In this document: in pieces, positions 14,411-27,035 of the stretch
Numbering within the stretch: the first letter of the stretch is position 1
How the letters are laid out: every line of letters begins with the position of its first letter
NCBI RefSeq assembly: GCF_030028105.1
Contig: NC_092375.1
Span: 80,885,130 to 80,949,129 of the forward strand
Length of the DNA stretch: 64,000 nt
Direction of reading: 5' to 3'
From: Mobula birostris
Taxonomy: Eukaryota
The notes under the pieces: model-generated
What the model was told of the DNA's origin: nothing
Databases searched by the model: none
What the model saw: the letters and a program-made list of their open reading frames with translations, nothing else
Program-made: the position numbers and the translations under genes

Positions 14411-15185
14411 GACCTCACTCAGAAGTTATGACTTTCTCCTGATACTTTGATATTTTCATCTTAGTCAGTAGCTCAGTTTTCAGGGATCAGAGATGCTCAT
14501 GAAATGTCTGTAGTTGCTGAAATGAACCATGTCGATTTATACAAATATTTTCAGTCCAATGATAGGATCACCACTCAAACTGATTGCTCTGGATTACTTT
14601 GTCCTAAATGGCTTTTCATTCCTTCTCTGGTGCTCCTGCAGTTCCATTACTCTATTGCGTCCCCACTGTATTGTAAAGACTTGGGTCTGAGTTGGCAAAC
14701 TGTACCAATTGGTGAGCAAATGCTCTATGTAGAATACATTTTTGCAATTGAGGAAGATAACTTCGTTGTCATGTTTGCTGTGATCTAGACTGATTGTACA
14801 ATTAATTTATAAAGTAGCTTGAATGGTTGCCAGGGCCGCATGATCACAAATTAGAGAGGCTTGTGAAGTACTTTTGCTTTGTACTGACATGAATCATCTT
14901 TTTATGCAAGGCAGTTTGTTACATACTAGATATCATGCAGGGCAGTACTTTTGATAATGATAGTTAATTTCTGCTTTCACGATATGATGAAGGGAAATGG
15001 TTTTACCCACTGTTGATTTTTCTCATCTCCTCCACAAATTTAATGTAAAATCAACATCTAAAAAAAATTTAAGCGTTGCCCTGACCAAACACTTAGATTT
15101 CTCCATAAACATTTGAGCTATTACTTTTTCTGACCATCGTGGTCATAATTCCAAAACGAATAGCATGACTATAAAGTATTTTGGG

Positions 15186-15319
15186 TGCTGATAAAGAGTC
15201 TTGGCCCAAAACATTTACTGTTGATTCCCTTCCTTAAATGCTGTCTGACTTGCTGAGTTCTTTCAAAATGTTACATGTGTTGCTCAAGATGTCCAGCACC
15301 TGCAGAATCTTTTGTGTTT
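15186..15319 (+). mobile_element. solo Penelope-like terminal repeat
   Basis: 12-bp TSD AAGTATTTTGGG (15174-15185 / 15320-15331); decayed CTGATAA...CAAAAC core and ccagcacctgcagaatc tail. Confidence 0.65.
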
Positions 15320-16024
15320 AAGTATTTTGGGGTAATTTGCTAACTAGAAGTTTTGTTTTTATCCTCTATTTAATTTTTATTTGAAAGTCACAGGATTATT
15401 CTTAGCCTGAAATGGATACACAACAAACTGAAACTTTCTATTCGAATGTTCTGTTGATGTAACCGTACAAGCATTTCTGTGGTTTGGCTGTCAGTTAGAT
15501 TTCCTCATGGAATTTGTTGCATAAAGAACTTCTTAATGTATAGGTAGGCAATAGGGAAGGAATTAATTACCACAATGAGAGGAGTGACCTCAGAAAGGGG
15601 TTATAGGTGACTTTAAAAGAATGTGCAAGGATGGGATTTTAGATAATTAAGTTATAGCCAGAGATATTGTTGTCAAATGATTCATTGTAATGGATTAGCA
15701 GAAAGTGATGCAAAATATAGCACCAGTAAGCAGAGATTTGCTAAAATGCAGCACCTAGAAGTGATTTCTTGAGTTGCGTTGAGTAAGGATGCAGTGGAAA
15801 ATGATCTGTTTATATAATTTGTTTTATTGAAGAGAAGCTGCCCTTGGTGGTTCATGAAGATAAACTGTAAAAGGGAAAAGATTTGCAAGGACAGCCAAAT
15901 AAAGAAAGATGCAACCATTTTTGTTAAAGGAAAGTTTAAGTAGCATCTATAATCAACTAGAGATGTACAGCAGGAGGGGAGCACCCTTAACCCTTTAATA
16001 ATCCTGAAGCGCTTCTGCACATTC

Positions 16025-16650
16025 TGTGGTTAAGAAGGCGTATGGTGCATCAATCGTGGGATTGAGTTTAGGAGTCGAGAGGTAATGTTGCAGCTATATA
16101 GGACCCTGGTCAGACCCCACTTGGAGTACTGTGCTCAGTTCTGGTCACCTCACTACAGGAAGGATGTGGAAGCCATAGAAAGGGTGCAGAGGAGATTTAC
16201 AAGGATGTTGCCTGGATTGGGGAACATGCCTTATGAGAATAGGCTGAGTGAACTGGGCCTTTTCTCCTTGGAGCGGCAGAGGATGAGAGGTGACCTGATA
16301 GAGGTGTATAAGATGATGAGAGGCATTGATCGTGTGGATAGTCTGAGGCTTTTTCCCAGAGCTGAAATGGTTGCCACAAGAGGACACAGGTTTAAGGTGC
16401 TGAGGAATAGGTACAGAGGAGATGTCAGGGCTTAAGTTTTTTTACTCAGAGTGGTGAATACGTGGAATGGGCTGCTGGCAATGGTGGTAAAGGCGGATAC
16501 GATAGGGTCTTTTAAGAGACTTTTGGATAGGTACATGGAGCTTAGAAAAATAGAGGGCTGTAGGTAAGCTTAGTAATTTCTAGACATGGTCGGCACAGAT
16601 TTGTGGGCCGAAGGGCCTGTATTGTGCTGTAGGTTTTCTATGTTTCTATT
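16025..16650 (+). mobile_element. CR1 LINE 3' end
   Basis: LYRTLVRPHLEYCAQFWSPH...RGDLIEVYK; TTTCTATG-type tail. Confidence 0.88.
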
Positions 16651-17929
16651 TACTTAATGTCCCTCCAAAAGTGTTCAAATTTAAATGCCTGAGTGGAAAA
16701 GAATGAGAGGCAAAGGGAGTTGAGAAGTAAATTTCAGAGCTTGGTGGAGAGGTGGCCACCATGATGAAGTAAAAGCACCAGGAAAAATAGCAAGTGGACT
16801 TGAGGAGAGCAGGTGAAGTGGTGGTATCATGTTTATTGGGGTTATGTGTGACCATAACACATAGTTGGGAATTTTGGATTGGTACTTTAAAATGATTTGA
16901 ACCATTATAAGTTGTCAATGTGATGATTAAGTGGGACTTGGTACCTCTTTGCAAACAAGCAGTATAGTTTTGATTGAGCTGAATTTTGCAGAAAACATTA
17001 TATTGGATAGAATATTAGATGAAGCGTGTATGACTAGGGCTGTGGCAGATTGGCTAGACAGGGCCAGAGGCGAGCATTTAGAGAAGCACTGCCAGGGAAT
17101 GAATAGTATGACGATACACTTTGGCTGTGGTTTACCAGGAGCTGGTAACTTTTTGGATTTCTTTTCCCCTCCCAATAGTACTTGAGGGCTACATTTGGGC
17201 TCAGACCACTTCCCGTTCTAACATGCAGCCAGCAGCAAGTGTGTGCTTTTGATATGGATTATTGGATGTCAGCAAGTTTGTACATAGGGACTCCTAATGG
17301 TAGAGTGCAGAGCTTGATATCCGGCCAGACTTAAAGAGTACTACGTATTTTTCTCTGAAATATGGAACCAAGCAAGGCTGGGAAAATGTGTAGAGAAAAA
17401 CACACGAGTGGAAGAGGGAGGTGGGCTTTCAGCAGAGCACCATGTCAGCAGATGTCCTTGATGTTCAGGTCTTTTAAATTGTTATGATGCCTTTTGGTGC
17501 CTCTTTACACAGTGCTATTTGAAACCGGGACAACAATGGTCAGAGTTTCTATGGTGATGTACTGAGCTTATATGTTTGTGGTCAGGACATCAGCTGAAGC
17601 ATATAAGATTCTGGGTGATGTGTCCCCCTGTTGCAATGGAAGCAGCATGTGTGTCATTTGTTCTGTAGGTGTGATTGTCATCCATGGACTCCAAACATAG
17701 GATGGACTCCAAATTCTATCCAAAGCTACATGCCAAATTTGTTTTAGATCTCTTAGTTCTTTAAAGGGCATTATTGCAGATTTTGTAGCACATAATTTTT
17801 TTTTAAATGGTTGATCTTTGAAGTATAATTTATAGCTTAACCTATCAAAGTCATTATACACAACCTTTCCTGCAGAATTGATATACAGTCTTGCCTCTGG
17901 TTGGCTTTAAGTTATGTATTAGGGTGATT

Positions 17930-18752
17930 ACGAAGGGATATGTCATGCTTGCCTTATTCGTTGAAGCATTGAGTTCAAATGTCAGGAAGTTATGTTATAG
18001 CTTTATAAAACTCTAGTTAGGCTGCATTTGGAGTTTTGCATACATTTCTGGTTGCCACATTATAAGAAGGATGTCGAGGCTCTGGGGAGGGTACAGAACA
18101 GGTTTACCACGATGTAAACAACAGGAATTCTGCAGATGCTGGAAATTCAAGCAACATACATCAAAGTTGCTGGTGAACGTAGTAGGCCAGGCAGCATCTC
18201 TAGGAAGAGGTACAGTTGACGTTTCAGGCCGAGACCCTTCGTACCTCTTCCTAGAAATGCTGCCTGGCCTGCTGCGTTCACCAGCAACCTTGATGTGTGT
18301 TACCACGATGTAGCTTGGATTAGAGAGCATGAGCTATTTTGGGAGTTTGGACAAATATGAGTTATTTTCTTTGGAGCGGTGAAGGCTGAGGGGAGATCTG
18401 ATAGAGGTTCATAAGATTACGAGAGGCATAGAGTAGACAGACAATATCTTTTTCTAAGGCTTAAAATGTCTAATACCAGAAAGCATGCATCTAAAGTGAG
18501 AGGGCAAGTTTATTTTACAGAGAGTTGTGGGGATCTGGAATGCACTGCCTGGGGTGGTGATACGTAGTAGCAAAAACAGTAGAGACTTTTAAGAGATGTT
18601 TAGATACACAGCTGAATGTGAGGAAAATAGAAGGATATGCACATTGTGTAGGCAGAAGAGATTAGTTAGGCATTTGATTACTAATTTAACTGGTCAGCAC
18701 AATATTGTGGGCTGAAGGACCTGTTCCTGTGCTGTACTGCTTTGTGTTTATT
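17930..18752 (+). mobile_element. degenerate CR1 3' end hosting a palindromic Penelope-like insert
   Basis: homology to 16025-16650 and 47520-48290. Confidence 0.8.
18117..18299. mobile_element. palindromic Penelope-like mini-insert
   Basis: 13-bp TSD TTACCACGATGTA (18104-18116 / 18300-18312); head-to-head arms; partial hammerhead core on the minus strand. Confidence 0.75.
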
Positions 18753-19597
18753 CTTTCACCCCAATCTCATTCTACCACACATGTGCAGTTCCTGCCTCTA
18801 TCTGGTTCTCTAACTTAGCAACACTGTCACGATATGAGCTGGTAGTGGCAACTATAAAATTCTGCAAATAATTCGTAGAATTTGTCTTGTTATTTCATTG
18901 TCTGGTGAAGGATGTATTTATTGGGTGTATGTTGGTTACAGTATGGTATACAAAATGGTGAAAAAAAACTTTGATTATAAGCGCTTCTTTTCAAAGGACA
19001 TTATGGTATGAGGGGAGATTACAATCAAACATTCATGTAACACCTTCTTCAGTGTCTCCATTCTTGGCTGTTACCAAGGCCTTGGCAAAGGCTCTTTCTC
19101 TAATGGCTTGCACCAACTCCCTTACTGCATTTAAAACATGTAAGTGGGGCACTCTTCCATCTGTTATTTCTTGCTTTCTCTGATCATGCATTGCCTTCTG
19201 CTGCATGAAAGAAATGTGATGGTGTGAGTGTTCTCTGGTTTATGTGGGTGTCATGTGTGAATAACTGACTTTCTGTGCTGGCAGTGAGGTAGAAGTTTGA
19301 GACTTGCAACAAATGGTGGAATTTTTTGATAGATGAGCAATGAACAACAGCTGAGGTCAGAGTGCATTTGAAGCCCTATTTATGGACCTTAACCACTTCT
19401 GATCGATTGATACATGCGGAAGGAAATTTGACGATGTTCTTCAAGCTAAATTTCTGACACAACTTGCTACGGCCCTTTTGAATGTATGTCGCTATATCAT
19501 CCCTCTGTTCTGTAGTACAGGATATTTTTCTTCCATCCAGTGTGGCATTTAACTATCTTGGTGAATGCTCTCATTATCACTCTTGTTGCGCTATTTG

Positions 19598-19890
19598 TTA
19601 TTTATTTATTTAGCAATACAATGCAGAGTAGGGCCTTACAACCCTTCAACCCCCAATGAACCTGATTTAATCCGAACCTAATCATGGGTCAATTTACAAT
19701 GACCAAGTAACTTACTCGGAACGTCTTTGGCCTGTGGGAGGAAGCCAGAGCACCCGGAAAAAGACCACATATTCCAGGGGAGGGCATACAGACTCCTTAC
19801 AGGTGATGTCAGAATTGAACTCTGAACTCTGACGCCCCTAGCTGTAATAGCATTGTGTTAATTGCTAATTGCTATGCTACCATAGTGCCC
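19598..19890 (-). mobile_element. tRNA-derived SINE (V-SINE/HE1-like)
   Basis: minus strand begins GGGCACTATGGTAGCATAGC (A-box-like), has GTTCAATTC (B-box-like), a ccgggtgctctggcttcctcccac V-domain-like core and an (AAAT)n tail. Confidence 0.7.
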
Positions 19891-20357
19891 ACTTGAATCA
19901 TCTACTTTACTCCCAGTTGAATCATTATGTAACAACTTAACATACCTTATTCTAAGTCATGTGAATTAGCTTTTAGTGCCGGTTATAATTGTGTTGGGCC
20001 AACTGCTAGTGCAAATCCAGAGTACAGCTTGATCAACTCTTCTAACACAAAAATCCTTATTAAGAATAATCAAAACAGTTCTCTTGCTGTTTCTTTTGGT
20101 CTGAACAGCTTTATTGCTGATTTCCCATCCCTCTGGGGAGAGCTTTCTAATGTACTGTTCCATTCCTTCTTAAGGCACAACATAAAGATGAGTTCACAGA
20201 ACTGGATGAAGGGAAAAAGGTTTGGTTGACCATGCAAAAAGCTGGAAACAGGGCAAGGAGATGATAAAATGCTATGGCTGTTAGTGCAGAGAATATTAGA
20301 GACATTATGATATATACCGTAGCAGCAGTGATTGATGGAGAAACCTAATTCAAGGTA

Positions 20358-21941
20358 CGGGTGTCCCCTGCTTTTCGAATGTTCGCTTTACGAAACCTCA
20401 CTGTTACGAAAGACCTACATTAGTTCCCTGTTTTCGCTTTCAGAAGGTGTTTTCACTGTTAAAAAAAAAACAGCGTGCGAAAAAATCAGCGCACGCCCCG
20501 AGCAGCCGCTCTCCCTGGATTCGGAACAGCATTCTAGCCGGCATTGCTTAAACACATGCCTGTGAGCAGTCGTTTGCAAGATGAGCTCTATGGTATCGGA
20601 AAAGCCTAAAAGAGCTGTTAAGGGTGTTAGTGTAAAACTAAACATAATTAAGCGTTCCGATCGTGGTGAACGAAGCAAGGACAAAGTGAGTTTGGCTTGT
20701 GGAAGCTGACGAACATGATGTTGAAGAGGTTTTGGCATCCCATGACCAAGATCTGATAGATGAAGAGCTGATGCAATTGGAAGAAAAAAGGATAACAATC
20801 GAAACCGAATGCAGTAGCGAACTGAACGTGAAGCAACTGCATGAGATTTTCGCTGCAATGATAAAGTACGACTTTAATTTTGAAAGGGTACGTAGGTTTA
20901 AAGGATATTTGCAAGATAGTTTGAGTCCTTACAAAGAACTGTGTGATAGAAAAATGCGTGAGGCTCAGCAGTCAAGCAAGCCTTCCACATCAGCCACAGC
21001 AGACGACAAACCTCGACCTTCGACATCGAGGCGGGCAGAGGTAGAAGATGACCTGCCTGCCCTAATGGAAACAGACGATGACGAGATGACATCCCAGTGT
21101 CCCACCACCCCAACCCCCAGGCCACAGACAGATACCAATTCGCGGAGAATGCGGTGGTAGCCGGGAGGCACACAGCACATCTTTAAGAAAAAAGCTGAAA
21201 TAAACGTGCTAATTAATTAGGTGCCACCCGGCACGTAATTGTTGGCCCAGATCTGGGTCGATGCAATCAGAAATCGGCACTGATCTGGGCTGACAATTAC
21301 GTGCCGGGCGGCACCAAATTAATTAGCATGTTTGTTTTGGCTTTTTTCTTAAAGATGTGCTGTGTGCCTCCCGGCTACCACTGCACCCCTGCATGCTTTG
21401 CGGATCGGTATTGGTTGGTGGCCTGGAGGGTGGGGGCCACTGCACCACCTCAGCCTGCAACGACTCAGCCTAACACACCATCATCAGTGTGCTCAGCGCT
21501 GTCCCGATTCCGGTAAGTGATACTACACTGTACATACATTATTTCTACTTTATATAGGCTGTGTATTTTTACGTGTTATTTGGTATGATTTGGCAGCTTC
21601 ATAGCTTAAAGGTTACTGGAGAGCGCTTGCGCCATGTTTTTGCCAACAGCGCTTGCGTGAGATTTTCGCTACGGAGAACAGTGCAGTAATGATTGTGGAA
21701 AAGTATTTCTACTTTATATAGGCTGTGTATTTATCATATCATTCCTGCTTTTACTATATGTTACTGTTATTTTAGGTTTTATGTGTTATTTGGCATGATT
21801 TGGTAGGTTATTTTTGGGTCTGCGAACACTCACAAGATTTTCCCATATAAATAAATGGTAATTGCTTCTTCGCTTTACGACATTTCGGCTTATGAACCGT
21901 TTCATAGGAATGCTGTACCTTCAGATGGTGGGGGAAATCTG
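20358..21941 (+). mobile_element. internally deleted Tigger/pogo (TcMar) DNA transposon
   Basis: TA flanks; degenerate TIRs CGGGTGTCCCC / GGGGAAATCTG; N-terminal KLNIIKRSDRGER (from ATG 20581) joined to C-terminal DVEEVLASHDQDLIDEELMQLE...FERVRRF; no DDD domain. Confidence 0.8.
21108..21436. repeat. long inverted repeat inside Tigger element
   Basis: 21150-21253 is reverse-complementary to 21282-21385; weaker pairing extends outward. Confidence 0.9.
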
Positions 21942-24859
21942 TATTCAAATGGAGATTCAGGAATGAGTTCAGCACAGATTCCAGAAATGACTGTGTGTGA
22001 TTGACAAATGTATAATCTTTCTTAAATGCCTCCCTGGGCTCCTTGTCTCTTCCATTATTTTATCCAAAAGAAATTCTTAACGTGTAAGTTTAGCAGTGTA
22101 TGTAACTAATCTATATGGTAATGAACTACATAGTGGCCAATGGTTGAACAAAGGAAATCTCAGATGCTCCATTACAGTAATTCAGAAATATGAAGGTTGT
22201 AGCCCCAGAGCAGCGGATAGCTCACAGAGGGATTTAAACAAAAAGATCAGAACTTATAGTTGAATCTTTAGATCTTTCAAAGTGCTGTTCTAATATTGTT
22301 TAACTGAACTATTAACATTGGGATTAACTCACGATTTTCTGTAATCACTGATGTCAATAACACTCGTGATAACCAGAGGTTTTGTAGAGAGAAAAAATAT
22401 GTAGGGCTACAAGTTTGCATGCATAGACGGAAGATACTGTGTGTATTTTCAACAAATGTATTTTATAGTTGCAGTTTTGAAAGTGAGAGTAACTTTGGAA
22501 AGGGACTATTTTTGATGCTGTCCAACATGACAGGCAGGTTTATTAACAAGGTTTTGAAGTCAGAAGATATTGTAGGCCTGGTGGGTAAGATGAGCAGGTG
22601 AAAAGCAGAGCAGTTTGTGGTAAAAGTAACAAAGTTCTCAGTACATTATTAGGATGGAAGATAGAGTTTGGAGATAAGATTAATTTTAGTGAAAGAGGGT
22701 ACATTTGAGTAGTACTGTAGTTTGAGGCAGCTGGACAAGTAGTTTCAATACTGGTGGTAAAAGTCCATAAACCATTTTTTTTTGGTGGAAAGAAATGGGA
22801 GAAAGGTTTTAAGGAAGTGGTAGATATTGGGTTATTGGGTCATCTTTGCTTTATTACTAGATCCTGTATTAGTGGATAGTTTTGAGGAGAAGGTGGGCCT
22901 GGTGACATTTTAAAATGCTGTAGTCAGACTTGGTGTTCCAGTCAAATTTAGTACTCATTTGTCATGTCATTTGTGCACCGTATGTAATTAAATTTCTAAA
23001 TATGAATGTACACGAAAGTAATGATTATGCTGGGAAAGAATTGAGGCTTTGCTGTAACTGTGTATATCAGTGAGTGGAGTAGTCTACCCACTGGTCATTG
23101 TAGTTGCTGATTTGGACAGAAGTGATATTGAAAGTTTGTAGGAGGACGTGCATATGGATTCAAGGAAGTGGTAAGGGTCGGAGTTTTAACTACCTGACAT
23201 TATCTGAAACAGATAAATGTGAACGATGCAAAGCACATAGAAGGCTTAAAATGTATTTAAGCATTTATTTATTTGGTTGGTTTGTGTAATGGAAAATAAG
23301 ACATGGTAGAAGTAGTGGCAGAAATCATTTTGGAGATAGTTATAATTTGGTTAGATAAAGCATAGTTTTGGGGAATGACATAGACCAGGAGTTTTCAATT
23401 GGATTAGATCCCATTTTGCATGTACAGGAAATAGTAACAGATCAGAGAGAGCAGTCAAGTATATTTCCTCAAGAAAACTGGTGCAGGACAAATAAGAGGA
23501 AAACACACCTCACTAAATATTACATTCCCAATTCAGATATTGACACTGAAGCTAAACTAGATGTCTATATAGAGGCAGATGCCACCCATATGGGGCTAAA
23601 GTACCTCTTAGGTAGCAGGAAATCAAGAAAAGTTGCATACCAGTTCACTAGATGTCAATGAGTATACATGTGGAATAAACAAAAAAAGAAGTTGGTGCTA
23701 ATGAACAATACTGAGAGTTGAACAGCAGAAAGCCAAAGAAGTGTAGAAATTGCAGTGCAAATTTACAAGGAAAGGCAAAAAAGATGAGGGTCTTTGGGCG
23801 TGGGGAGGGAGTTTCAAACTTATTTAAATGGGAAGAAGATAAAAGAAAATGTGGAGCTAATTAGCAGCTAAAAAGATGACCAATACTTGGTGACAGAAGA
23901 AATGGTGTTAATTGAATACTTTGTGTACCTCTTCACAAAGTCTGAAATATTGGAAATGATAAAGAAGAGGAATTATTAAAAGGGTAAGCTTACTGAGTAA
24001 AAAGTAAACTTACTGAAATGTTTCCCTCAGAGTTGATGAAGCAAGAGCAGAAATGGTATAGGCTCTGACCATCACTTTCCATTCTTCTTTGGTTGAAGGC
24101 ATAATGCCAAAAGACCTAAAGGCTACTAAAGTGGTACTGTGTGAGTAATGAAAGAGGGATAAATGGATTAGGCAAACTAAAATATGAGGATCTAAGATTG
24201 ATTAATAATCAATAGAGTGCAGAAATACTACAGATAGGCATTGAACCAAAACAAATTCTGGATTACCACAAAAGATATAATCCCTCCGATCTCCTTATTA
24301 CTTGCTCCCGAAGAAGTCTTGTTTTTTTCTGCTTATCGTAAATTGCCGCACAAATTTTTAACATCAATTCAAAAAAAATCCCAAGAAAGTTAAGAATTCT
24401 AGAGTCAGTGTTTTCCATTCTTATTTCTATATTCCTCTGGGCCATGGGGAATAAAGATTAAATTACTGTTACATCTGTGAACTTGGCTTGTTTGCAGGCT
24501 GCAACCTTTCTGCCTCTATTTTCATTCCTGCCTTAATATTTTTCTGCAATGTTAACCATTTACATGGTATTGGACACAACATTGCAGTGAAAAAGCTTTC
24601 TTAATCCATTCTGAACATATGCTGTTCATACGTGTCAATTAATGGCAATAACATTGTCAGACTGAGATTATAGCTGAATATCTTTTACACTATAATTTTA
24701 ACAAGTTGGAGACGTTTACTATTATTTTTATTATATAGCTCAATTCCAATCTTTGTACTTTTGGAAAGCAATCCCTCTAAGGATGGATGCATTATAACTA
24801 ATTAGTTATGAGTTTTAAGGTCAGTTGGCTTAATTTATACCTAACATTTTAAGGAAATT

Positions 24860-25421
24860 TGGTAAAGATGGTGCAGGTGAGATATGGTGATGCTTTACGG
24901 GCAGCAAACAAAACTACTAACTATTCTATTACACTCTTTCTGGACTATGATCACTGCATTCCGCAGGCTGCATGTTCCCTTTTGGAGCTGTACTTTTTAG
25001 CCATTTGTTTGATCTGGCATTTTTGTGGTATCCTGAAGATTTCAGCGAACTGGACTCTCAAGAATGTAGGAATGTATGGTGGTCACTACTGGAATGGACT
25101 TGGGGTCGGATCGAAGTGGCAAGCCTGGGCCTGAGAGTGAGGAGTGAAATCGAACTGATGTTTGGCCGATTTAAACGCCAAGCCACGTTAAAAAGATCAA
25201 GGTGTTGGGGCCAAGGGTGAAGGATGAACCAATGTACAGCTCACTACTCTGCGGGGTTTACTCGCTTCAGTGCTGAACTGGCTCCATATCTGTGGACTCA
25301 TTTTTCGAGACTCTGCAGTTCATATTCTGTGTGTTATTTGTTTACTTTTGTATTTGCATGAAGACAAATCTCAAGGTTGTATACAGTATACATACTTTGA
25401 TAAAAGTACTTTGAACTTTGA
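24860..25421 (+). mobile_element. non-autonomous Rex1-tailed element (SINE-like)
   Basis: AAGATGG-type start like the Rex1 at 52386; 3' end and (ACTTTGA)2 tail like 11720-11778; no RT remnant. Confidence 0.55.
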
Positions 25422-25478
25422 AAACCATACTTTTTGAACTGTTCCATTTGATGATGCATTATGTATGTTTTATTTAAG

Positions 25479-25608
25479 GTTGAGGAAGGTTGGTGGGAAG
25501 GTGTCCTCAATGGCAAAACTGGAATGTTTCCCTCAAATTTCATCAAAGAACTCCCAGATGAACCACAGGAAGTGGTTAACACTCAAGAAGATAGCACCAC
25601 AAAAGCAG
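25479..25608 (+). CDS. SH3KBP1: SH3KBP1 (CIN85) coding exon, C-terminal half of SH3B
   Basis: tttatttaag|GTTGAG...GCAG|gtatgt; 130 nt, phase 0 to 1; [43 protein letters not shown] matches the CIN85 SH3B motif. Confidence 0.96.
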
Positions 25609-26319
25609 GTATGTTTTCTTGCAGAGGGAACACAATGAAATTTCACTTGCTTCCATCCATGATGCTTTGATTATTATTTTCCTAGCAATGTAGCATGACT
25701 GAATGAGACAAAGGCAGAACAGGGTACTAGAGTTTGAGGGAGGAGAGAGAAGCGGGTTGGGGTAGAGATAGGGATGCAGCTGCAGAGATGAGGGAGAGAA
25801 GACCCTCAGTGAGTGTCCCTTTCCAACACTGGTCTTCAGGAAACAATTCTCTTATGTAGACATTAAATGGTCGTCCATTGAAGCCTTTCTTTGACATGTC
25901 TTTGTTTGTCATGATGTAGTTCTGTGCAATGGTGGGTGGAGGCTGTTGACTTTACGTAGAGGAGGCAGTATATGTCCTTGGAGAGAAATTTATAGTACAT
26001 CTGGATTTGGAAAGCGGTATGCCAGCGAGAGCAATAATAGAAGCCCCTGGATGGCTGGATAGTTCATTGAAGCAACTCCTTTGTTAGAGGACTTGTTTGG
26101 TTTGAAGATGTTAGTGCAAGGCACATTTTCCTTGAGACTTCATTGATACTGTTGTTGATAGTGATTTGGAGTTGTGTCTGTGTTTATCCTCATGCACCAA
26201 TGTTGACTGTATGCCTTGCTCAGTTACTGAAATTTGAGTGCTCTTTTGCTCTGGAGTTGAAATAATGTATATTGCAAAGTTTCTCATTATCTACACTAAT
26301 CAATGGTTAATTATCATTT

Positions 26320-26392
26320 GAGGATGCTTAAGAATAGGTGACAAATGCTGGCCTTGCAATTGATGCCTGCATCCCATAAATGAAGAAAAACT
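26320..26392 (+). mobile_element. old SINE/LINE 3' terminal fragment (Deu/SacSINE-like tail)
   Basis: aaatgctggccttgc...tgcctgcatcccataaatgaagaaaaa resembles the stem-loop tail of elasmobranch SINEs (from memory). Confidence 0.4.
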
Positions 26393-27035
26393 GTTTTCTA
26401 TTGTGAGTTTCCCCAAGGAAGTCCTCATCTGCGTTATCCTCCAGGGAGCTGGCATTCTCATATCCTTCTCTCCTAATCCGTGGGTAAATCATTTGTGTTT
26501 GGTTGCTCACCACTTTTCCCCTTATTTAACCCGTACAGTGTATGTGACTGACCTTCAGCTGCAAATGGCACATCACTTGGTTGTGTGGTGTTATCTTTGC
26601 TGCATCACTGCTTATCCAGTGTCTGGATTAGTTTCTGGCAGTTTGAAAGACTGAAGTGCTTGCGTATGGTTATGGAGGCTGGGGAGTAGATGGTGAACAC
26701 TGGTGTAGGTGATTTATGTTTACATAATTTGCAAGCTGTTGATCAGAATAGCTTAAAAGATGAAGAGAACTGGGAAATAAGGAGGAGAATTAGAAATGTG
26801 CATTCTGTCATCTTCACTGGTCTCAATTCTGTTGCTACCCATTGAGTTATAATGCTTGCTTCAACAATGATCGGATGTACTCTTCAGGGAAGTGAACCAC
26901 TGGAGTTAGCACTTTGATGTGGTCTGAGCTGCTGTTTAATACGCTGTGGAGGAAGTGAAGTTCTCATTCCGATCAAGAATGTCGCCCACCCAAAATGACT
27001 GTGTTGCATAATGGGAAAAATTAGATGCAGCATGT

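Noticed and set aside
1-25478. Preceding SH3KBP1 exon (N-terminal half of SH3B)
   Set aside because: No matching peptide with splice sites found by eye; probably upstream of the window, though I could have missed it
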